DNA of 64,000 nt, taken from the NCBI RefSeq assembly GCF_006345805.1, contig NC_043008.1:1426001-1490000 (forward strand), written 5' to 3'. How positions within the stretch are numbered: position 1 is the stretch's first letter; each line of letters opens with the position of its first letter. The DNA comes from Octopus sinensis (lineage: Eukaryota). Shown here in pieces: positions 54,873 to 64,000 of the stretch. A model generated the notes under the pieces. That model saw only the letters and a list, made by a program, of their open reading frames with translations, made no database searches and had not been told where the DNA came from. The translations under genes and the position numbers were made by a program.

Positions 54873-55624
54873 CATATATATACGTATAAATATGTATTTT
54901 GTTGTGTGTGTGTCTTTGTGTGGTGACTGTGTGCATCAGAGGGTTTTTCTGCTCTCTTTGACGCGACCTGTAAAGGGTTTCGTTCACTGTAAACCAAACG
55001 AGATAGCCTCTTTGTTGGTATAATCCTCTAAATTGGTATTCGACATTATCTAATGTCCATTTACATTTACGTAAAACTTCAGAATAGAATTAAAATAGAC
55101 ATTGTGTATTCAAGTGAAATGCAAATATATTACTGATTTTACCAATAAAACGATACTCTCTCTCGTAATCCAGCGTTAGTATTTGATGACAATGTATTGG
55201 ACGTGTTATTTTATACTTGAAAATCTCTCCGGATATTGCACGCTGATAAAATATTTGCCCTCTGTAATGGATTTCCGATAGACAAATAGCAGGCTTCATG
55301 CCAAGGCAGAAAGTATACTTTTATTCCACGAAGAAAATCTTCGTGTAATGTTTGTTTGTAAATCTTTGCGTTATTTGACAGTTTGTACAGTTCGATCTCG
55401 AATACAAATTTTAGATTTAAAACTTTAGAGTGTACAGTTGAACGACAATTAGAATGAACGTGAGCGGAAAGTTATATCTGTATATATATATTTTCATATA
55501 TACTTGATGCATTATATATTATACATACATATATATGTAGATATGCCTTATATATATATATATATATATACTTTTAAATATTTGTTGTGCAAGATTTTTT
55601 ATGTGAAGTCGTGTGTTGAAACAG

Positions 55625-55794
55625 ATATTGTTATATTTCGGAATGGTCATATTGCCAGTTTAGCCAATAAAAACACAGGCACTATATATTTGGTGTTATT
55701 TTGTTATCACTGAAGCAAAATAACACCAAATATATAGTGCGTGTGTTTTTATTGGCTAAACTGGCAATATGACCATTCCGAAATATAACAATAT
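55625..55794. repeat. 79-bp inverted duplication (1 mismatch, 12-nt loop) abutting (TA)n
   Basis: 55625-55703 versus the reverse complement of 55716-55794. Confidence 0.95.
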
Positions 55795-55810
55795 ATATAT
55801 ATATATATAT

Positions 55811-55872
55811 ATTCGAGCTCACAACCTCACGATCGTAAGCTCGACGCTCTAACCACTGAGCCATGCGCCTCA

Positions 55873-55873
<1 letters not shown>
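55811..55873 (-). mobile_element. Inverted copy of the 5' head of the SINE at 56181
   Basis: Reverse complement equals 56181-56244 except for a 1-nt indel. Confidence 0.9.
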
Positions 55874-56180
<307 letters not shown>

Positions 56181-56182
56181 AT

Positions 56183-56516
56183 GAAGGCGCATGGCTCAGT
56201 GGTTAGAGCGTCGAGCTTACGATCGTGAGGTTGTGAGCTCGAATCCCGGACCGGGCTGCGTGTTGTGTTCTGAGCAAGACACTTTATTCACGTTGCTCCA
56301 GTTCACTCAGCTGTAGAAATGAGTTGCGACGTCACTGGTGCCAAGCTGTATCGACCTTTGTCTTTCCCTTGGATAACACTGGTGGCATGGAGAGGGGGGC
56401 TGGTATGCATGGGCGACTGCTGGTCTTCCATAACAACTGTGCCCGGACTTGTGTCTAGGAGGGTAACTTCTAGGTGCATCCATGGTCATTCATGACCGAA
56501 GGGGGTCTTTTACCCT
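56183..56516 (+). mobile_element. Near full-length tRNA-derived SINE between (TA)n tracts
   Basis: A-box TGGCTCAGTGG, B-box-like GCTCGAATCCC, CORE/V-like TGTGTTCTGAGCAAGACACTTTA, 3' ...GGGGGTCTTTACCCTTTA. Confidence 0.88.
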
Positions 56517-56536
56517 TTATATATATATATATATAT

Positions 56537-56594
<58 letters not shown>

Positions 56595-56899
56595 CATATA
56601 TATATACATATATATATGCGTTTATATGTACATATGTGTATTTATATGAGGCTCTAATATATATATCCTTTTCTTTCTAACATTATTGCTGTTAACGTCC
56701 CTCACCAGAAAAGTATTATTTTTTCTTCAGTGTTGTATGTTTGGATTGTAGCTCTATTTCTTCCCCCTCAAATGTTTGAAATTTGAATAAATTTCACTAT
56801 TAAATACAAATGAAGCCAAGTGGAAGAAAATGAGCATTAACTTACTCTCAATTTCCAACAATCTTCCAAAGCTGTTAAACAGATATTGGGCTATGAATG

Positions 56900-57310
56900 A
56901 AAGAATTGAACAGAATTGGGTTCATCATTCAAGGAGGTGAAACTCTAACTAAAAGGCTCCCACTGTTCTAGATGATCTGTTCTGTTCAATGGGAATTGAT
57001 TAAATGAATCTATACCAGAGGAAACTTGCAAGTCAACTAGGGAATTCGCCCATCGGCATAGAAGATTTCATAATACCGGCTCCAATCTCTTCCAATGAAT
57101 AAGCAGTCCAGATGAACCGACATGACCGGCAACACACGGTGCTTCTTCAACATGACAATGATTCCTCTCACGTCGGAGTATTTCGTTTAGGATGACCAAC
57201 TGCTTCCAACACATTCTCCGAGTTGAGAGATTACCTAAAGAAACGTTGGAAAGTCTTTCAGTACAAAGGTATTATTGACTGATACCTAAGGGTTCATATT
57301 TATGGAAAGT
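56900..57310 (+). mobile_element. Mariner transposase C-terminal remnant
   Basis: 57133-57174 reads HTVLLQHDNDSSHV (cf. VxLxHDNARPH); later LKKRWKV (cf. LxxRWxKV). Confidence 0.65.
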
Positions 57311-57426
57311 ATTTTATGATCGAACACACACACACACATGTATATATATATTTATATATATGCGTATTATAGATATTATATCTATCTATCTAACATTATC
57401 TTTCTCACTCCCTCTCTCTCTCTCTC

Positions 57427-57479
<53 letters not shown>

Positions 57480-57480
57480 T

Positions 57481-57660
57481 GTAAATCCAAAAGAAGGAAC
57501 AACAAATGCAAAAACAACAACGCGAGGATGTAGTACATGTAAAGTAGTAGCAGACGCTCGGGGAAGGAAAGAAAGATGGTTTAATGTTTCGGACAACGCA
57601 CTTCTTCAGAAACAGGTAAGTTCAATAGAGAGGAAGAAAATCGCCAACGATTCACATGTG
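57481..57660 (-). mobile_element. Penelope-like pseudo-LTR fragment with degenerate hammerhead core
   Basis: Minus: CTGAAGAAGTGCGTTGTCCGAAACATTAAACCATCTTTCTTTCCTTCCCCGAGCGTC...GGATTTAC then (TA)n. Confidence 0.6.
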
Positions 57661-57771
57661 TTTACATTTCGAAATGTGTGAGTATTACATATATACACAG
57701 TACTACTACTAATAATATATATGCATATATATATATATATATTATATATAATATATATATTATATATATAT

Positions 57772-57815
<44 letters not shown>

Positions 57816-58239
57816 GGTGTGTTTTGTATGTGTGTGTGTGCGTGTTTTTGTGTACTGCTATTTATCTGGGTAGATATATTTCATCGTTTCTACACATGCA
57901 TTGAAACAGACACTAAACAGACAGAGAAACGCTCAGAAATGGATTATATTTTCTCCTGATGATAAGTAAATATGGTGGCTGTAATGTTTTAATAATTAAT
58001 ATTGAAATTATCTACATATATAAAAATCTGTTTTAAAGGTTATACGCACAGACATGTACACACACACACAGTGAAATAATATACGTAACCTATATTCTAC
58101 GTATTCTACTCATAATCCCATAAATATACATACATATTATGTGTGTGTGTGTGCTTGTTTACAAATATCGCTTTGTGTATGTACGTGTATAATGCGCATC
58201 CTTATATTTTCGGTCTTAACGAGGTTCTATTCGGACATA

Positions 58240-58560
58240 TGAGGTGTGTTGAAAAGGTTCTGTATTTCGGTAAAAGAAAATACCGGAGGATCAGTCAATT
58301 ACGACTTTTTCGACATATTCCCTTCTCAAATTCACAAACTTATTGCAGCGCTTCTTCATTTCCCATAACCCATGTAAAATAACTCGGAATGTTGGGTCTC
58401 AAAATAGGCCTTTTCGATAAAGTTAAGTCCAGGACATTTACTTTTGTTCCACTTAATGGTGCCAAAATGTTTTACGAAACATGGAACGGCATGGTCTCTA
58501 AACGAATTTTTATAAACAAAATTAAGGATTCTGTGACCGGCAGATTCTCCTGTGAAAAGA
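58240..58560 (-). mobile_element. Mariner 3' end (TIR + transposase C-terminus)
   Basis: TA followed by TGAGGTGTGTTGAAAAG (TIR-like); minus translation AYFETQHSELFYMG...MKKRCNKFVNLRREYVEK (cf. KLxxRWxKCIxxxGDYVEK). Confidence 0.75.
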
Positions 58561-59678
58561 ACAATACACTGTAATAAATGCGTTAAACGTTCTTAACTTG
58601 TGAACCATTATTCCCTCGTAATGTAACATAATCATTTGAATGTAATATGTTCATTTTAATCTAGGGCCACCTTTACCATCATTCCATTTCCACTTGAGAT
58701 ATATTATTTTGATTTTTCTTTAGAGTTATATAAGTGTCTACAGATAAATTGAATCCTTCTTTTCTCTTTCATTCCTTCATCTCACTGGTTGATTTTAATA
58801 ATATAATGTGAAACATTAGAAACATTTGAACGTTATAACTTCCCATAGAGTCGTCACTAGTATTATAAATTTGATTCTTATACGAAAGGCAATTATTTAT
58901 GAAAACCAACCATATCTAGTTTCTTCACGATATATTCATAGTATAAATTTGAAGTGTATTCTGAAAACACAGGTTGCGTATCTTCAAAGAAAAGGTGTAA
59001 ATTGAAAATTGTCTGAAATTCTATATTCTCGTTAAACTAAAAACGGATCATTTTTCTAACCAAACAAGAGTTAGAAATATTTAAAATATTTTTCTAACGC
59101 AACATATATTAGTACGTGCAAGCTCTCTTAAAAACTAATAATTTTTCTGTGAAAATATTAATCGAAAAATTTATGAATTATATATATTTTTTTTTATAAA
59201 ATGTCGAAAATTGTTCGCGTGTTGAGAAATTTATTGAAAACACTGTATCACATTACAAAAAAATTTTAATATATGAGAAAATTGAAAGTAAGTCAACTTA
59301 ACACTCTCCAAGACTTACTAATATAACGCTTTGTTAAATAAGCACAGGTTTACCAATCACTAGAGCTATGGCCCTTTGTGCATTATCACATCAAACGTTG
59401 AAGTGACAAAATGAGTGTAAATTCAGTTAATATAAGCTATGTTGCATTGAGATTTCTCACTAGAATATTGGAAAAAAAAACCTGTTCTGAAATTGTATTA
59501 TATAAATATAATCATAGGTAATTTAATGTGAAACTCACATTAAATCATCACAATGAGGTGAACAAAAATTCTAGTTTAATTTTATGTATACGCATATAAA
59601 TAATACATATATATACATGCTTACATATATGCACACACGCACACACACATACATACAACATATATATATACATATATA

Positions 59679-59736
<58 letters not shown>

Positions 59737-59999
59737 CTCCAAGGAATGAGGCAATATTTTGATAATGTTTATTCTCCATAACACGTATTTCATTTGCTAA
59801 TAGGAATTAAAAAGTTTTGCATTACAGGTAGACATGTAAAGAATATTCCATTAGAAATTTGTCTGAAAGAGAAAGGAATTTATAATAGAAAGATAACACT
59901 GGGATAAAGTGCTTATATTTTGATATTAATCAGGGGCAGCACTGATTAACGGTCATATTAAAGTTATTAATCTTAGTATTAGTGGTGTTACTCTTAGTA

Positions 60000-60480
60000 T
60001 CAACATTCGTGTCAGCTATACTTCGACCTTGGTAAGAAACGGGGATGTCAGTATCTTGGTTAATTCTGGTTTTAGTGCTAGGGTTGTGGATGTGGTGTAT
60101 GCGATCAATATAGCCATTAATATTTCCGTGGTTTTGACTTATGTAATGATTATATACATTTAGGTAGGAGGAGGTAAGTTTACGCTTGTTGCAGAGGTAA
60201 CAATAGATTCTACATTGGGCGGAGAGGAGAAGGATAAGATTAGGGAAGATCTATTTAAAGATTGAATGGGATTGATGGTGACGTGGGAAGAAGGTTTTGG
60301 CTAAAGCCCTTAATGCTTAAAGCGATATGGTTGTAATCCAGAGAATCGATCTTCCCCTGCTGCTTTTGTTAGACATCATAGTGGAAGTACAATCTTTAGT
60401 ATTTGTTAGATGAGAGTTGCGGGATTAATGCTTGTTTTTAAGCTGGAATTTCGATGTCGTGCTATACGGGTCAGTGTAGG
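60000..60480 (-). mobile_element. Possible LINE endonuclease end / inter-domain remnant
   Basis: Minus DSLDYNHIALSI (cf. LGSDHLPI), then PSIPFNL and LPPPT; very decayed. Confidence 0.3.
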
Positions 60481-60615
60481 GCGGAAGGGAGTGTTTCAGA
60501 CGAAGCCCTTCCAGTTGGGTTATCCCAGAAACGTCTGTAAGACTCCAAATTCACCTTACCCTAATTAACATATTCTACATGACTTGAAATACACGTTCTG
60601 TTACAGTTTCTTCAC

Positions 60616-61005
60616 AGTGAAGAAAATGTCTTTATTCCTAAAATTCCTCTCATACCTATACATATTCCATTTGAATTTAAAACGCTTCAATTTCCAGTGA
60701 AACTAAATTTTGGAATTTCAATTAAAAGATCTCAGGGTCAATCCCTCAAGGTAGTTGCACTTGATCTCTACTGTATAGTCGCGACACCAACAAAACATTA
60801 TGCACTGAATATTGTTTACCCTGAGGCGCATCAACATTGACAGATTTCCATTTCGATATCCTATTATCATTACAACGTAGCCTTTTAATTTTTTTATAAA
60901 ATAGAGATATTTTGAAATAATTAAGTGAATATATCTTTATATTTATTGTTTGCTAATCTGAGCAGGAACAGCATTAACCCGGGCAACGCTGGGTTATTCA
61001 GCTGG
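60616..61005 (+). mobile_element. Helitron 3' end (PIF1-like helicase C-terminus, subterminal hairpin, CTRR end)
   Basis: 60616-60768 reads SEENVFIPKIPLIPIHIPFEFKTLQFPVKLNFGISIKRSQGQSLKVVALDL; then NIVYPEA; hairpin AACCCGGGCAACGCTGGGTT at 60976-60995; CTGG at 61002-61005 followed by T. Confidence 0.9.
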
Positions 61006-61334
61006 TTTATTAATAAATGACAGAAATATTTCATTAACAGAAGCATTTGATTTGAAAAATTTAAAGAAACAAAATCTTTAGATTATCACAAATAGAATAA
61101 TACCTCTGTTTCATTTAGGAATTTGTTTCTGTTTTTGACTTTATTCCATAATGTTATTTTCAGAATTGCCACATTTGCATTTCTAATTTACAGTTGTCTT
61201 TAGATTTGGAGAAGATATTTATCATTAATGTTAGTGGTTCTTGTATCGTATCTAATAACATTTTCGAATACCAAGAGTATTCGAAAATGTTTAATGTAAT
61301 TTCTGACATTGAATGAAAAAACGACATCGTTTAC

Positions 61335-61476
61335 CCCAGGTTGGACCTTGAATATTAAACGATGGATTCCTTTCAAATTGTGAAGCTCTACTTCAAATAA
61401 ACTGTATAAGATGCTGTAATACATATACTCTGATGAAGTATTTTGCTTCTGCATCCAATTTCCCTTGGAAAATCCG
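61335..61476 (-). other. Candidate 142-nt coding exon (B)
   Basis: gtatcattttcag|CGGATTTTCC...CCAACCTGGG|gtaaac; lies in the stop-free frame of ORF 61200..61517 (GFSKGNWMQKQNTSSEYMYYSILYSLFEVELHNLKGIHRLIFKVQPG). Confidence 0.33.
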
Positions 61477-62529
61477 CTGAAAATGATACGCATTATCAAA
61501 ATAACGTTCTTTATCATAATGTCACGTACATTTGTTCTGTATATTATAACCAGTAATACTACTAAGTAAAGTTATAACTACACCACGAGGCTAGAAGGGA
61601 AATGTCTGATGGAACATTTCGTAGTTAACAAGTAACAGTGATAAATCTAAAGAATGAATATACTCTATACATACACACATATATACATATGTGTGTATAT
61701 ATATTGTACATTAAGACAAGTGAGGCAGTCAGAATTTTGAATACTACTTTATTAGTGCTTTCACCCATTCATGGGGATTTTTCAAAATGAAATTTATAGA
61801 AAGAGCCTCGACTTTTATACAAATAGAGAAGAGTTGAGTTGGAAAAGATATAAGTATGTGTATGTATGTATGCGTGTGTGTGTATTTGTGTGTATATGCG
61901 TGTGTATGTGTATTAGACATAGAAAAATGTCCTTGTCACACAAACGAATGAACTTTGTAGGCCTAGGTATAAGTATGCTATATTCAATTACTGCTTACGA
62001 TGTGTATATAAGTTATTATACCGTATCCGTGTTGTCATGTATGTGAGATCAGGAGACACGTCTATATTCATAATCAAATGTTACATTGTAATACTGACTG
62101 AAACTCATAATGAGTCTAAATTCACGATATATACCGTATCGTATAGTCGCTGTATGAAATTTGTTCTTCCATATTTGAGACGATGAAGTGTTTTCGAAAG
62201 ATTATTGACTGTTATTTCTTGCATATTACTCTCATTCATTTATTTCATTTTCTCCTATAGTATTATGAGACGTGGAAGCAATATAAAAATATTATAGCTG
62301 CTGTTTTTCTTAACCAAATCGATACAAAATTATGCAAATAAATGTGAATTAAAATAAATTCCATTCCTGAAGAGTGAAGTCTTTTTTTTTTATTACCGAT
62401 TTAACATTAATGTTATAGATTCACATAAAAAAATTTGATATAGTTAAAGGTGCTTCACTAAGACTGAATAGGACACCAACGAAAAGTCCAAGAGAAAATT
62501 ATTATTCAAGTTTTCGTTATATATAGTAT

Positions 62530-62555
62530 ATATGCATATATATATATATATGTAT

Positions 62556-62593
<38 letters not shown>

Positions 62594-62610
62594 GTGTGTG
62601 TGTGTGTTGT

Positions 62611-62656
<46 letters not shown>

Positions 62657-62900
62657 TATATATGCAACAATATATATATACATATGCATATATATACATA
62701 TATATATATATATATGCGTATTATTTATCTATTTATTCATATATACGTAGATGCATATAATATATGTGTGTGTGTGTGTGTCAATATATATTTATATACA
62801 TGTATGTGTATATGTATAAATACACACACATAGATAGTTATATACATATGTGTGCATACGTACATACGCACATGCGCATACACACACATATATATATATA
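62530..62900. repeat. Mixed (TA)n/(TG)n/(CA)n low-complexity tract
   Basis: Directly visible. Confidence 0.92.
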
Positions 62901-63373
62901 TACATGCATAGAGGCAAATCACTTGCTATTATGCAATAACTTCGTAAACAGATATCTTCTATCTACATGATATTTATAACCACACCGCTTTACACCCACC
63001 TGTACCTAATGATACAACTGAAAAAGAAAATAACTATATTCTGATGTGCTCTGTAGACGTGACAGTTGATACTTTATAAGTGCTTTATAATTGCTTTTGT
63101 TAGAAAACTTAATATTTTGTCTTCGGAATATCTGTATTCTATTAAACATTTGAATGCTTATCGAAAGAAAAACAAGGCGAATTCCATAGTTGATTTTGTT
63201 GAAGCAAAGTAGCATTGGCATTCACAATACTTTCTTTGTACTGAAGCAAAACAAAAATGAAAAATATGGTTTGAATTATTAGCTGCAGTGAATGAAGTCT
63301 CACAAGAGAATAATTATTAAAATTTATGTGACAGTTATATTGAATCATGTGAATTCCAAAGACTGAGGCTTAC

Positions 63374-63415
63374 CAATTACCAGCCTGCAAAGCAGAATCA
63401 ACACTTCCATGGCTG
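63374..63415 (-). other. Candidate 42-nt exon (A) with Kozak-context ATG
   Basis: gttattttcctcttcag|CAGCCATGGAAGTG...GGTAATTG|gtaagc; reads MEVLILLCRLVI (phase 1 out) or SHGSVDSALQAGN (2->2). Confidence 0.45.
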
Positions 63416-64000
63416 CTGAAGAGGAAAATAACATTAATTCCCTCAAACAACACCACAGGTATCTAAAACTACTGACCTCTAACATGATTGTAATATTGCT
63501 CAAAATCATGATGGCTAATCTCTACAGCAAACTATTTCCTTAGCGGACGAGTAAAACGTCATTTCACAGGGAACAGCTTTCTTGTAGGGGCCAGATACAT
63601 TTCAGTTGGGTTAAGGATAGGATAAACAACGGCGAATAGGGAGAAAAAAATCGTAACATGCTTCAATTTTATTATTGATATTGCAATTATACTGTATAAA
63701 CTAAGCACTTTCGCTATTAAAGATTCCTGAAGATAACCAAAGTAAAATAGTGAAAATTTGCATGGAAATTATCAAAATTTTCGTAATCATTATAGTATTA
63801 TATACCATTATATATGGTATTCATAAAAGTTAGAATTTTTCTCTTGCCATCCTAACCCTCAAAGTGTTTTCTACCTCATACTATGTTGGATAGATTTTCT
63901 AAGAGAAGTCGCCAATACGTATAGATACAAATGATAAAATACATACCACTTTCACTTCATGAATCAAAGATTTTTACAAGATATCAATGATGTTTGGAAT

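Noticed and set aside
56183-56255. tRNA gene (also 43555-43630 and 33420-33504)
   Set aside because: A/B boxes are present but there is no complete cloverleaf, and each continues into a SINE body.

Overview
AT-rich, microsatellite-laden eukaryotic genomic DNA. The SINE families look like those of coleoid cephalopods (Octopus-like); this rests on my recall of those repeats, not on a search. No intact long ORF, rRNA, true tRNA gene or CRISPR array is supported, and most ORFs in the supplied track are translated microsatellites. What can be supported: (1) many decayed mobile elements, namely several Penelope-like fragments (RT, GIY-YIG and pseudo-LTR pieces with hammerhead-like remnants), a HERO/R2-group RT fragment, an RTE 3' end, an R4/Dong 3' end inside a (TAA)n tract, a Tx1/L1-type endonuclease fragment, two mariner remnants, a hAT remnant, a Helitron 3' end, two foldback MITEs and about a dozen tRNA-derived SINE copies; (2) about ten small minus-strand exon candidates with good splice signals between ~63.4 kb and ~7.5 kb, which may be one unidentified long-intron transcript; (3) three near-perfect inverted duplications at 53.9-56.2 kb, each abutting a (TA)n tract. 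The third is the most unusual structure here and could be either (TA)n breakage/snap-back repair scars or an assembly artefact.
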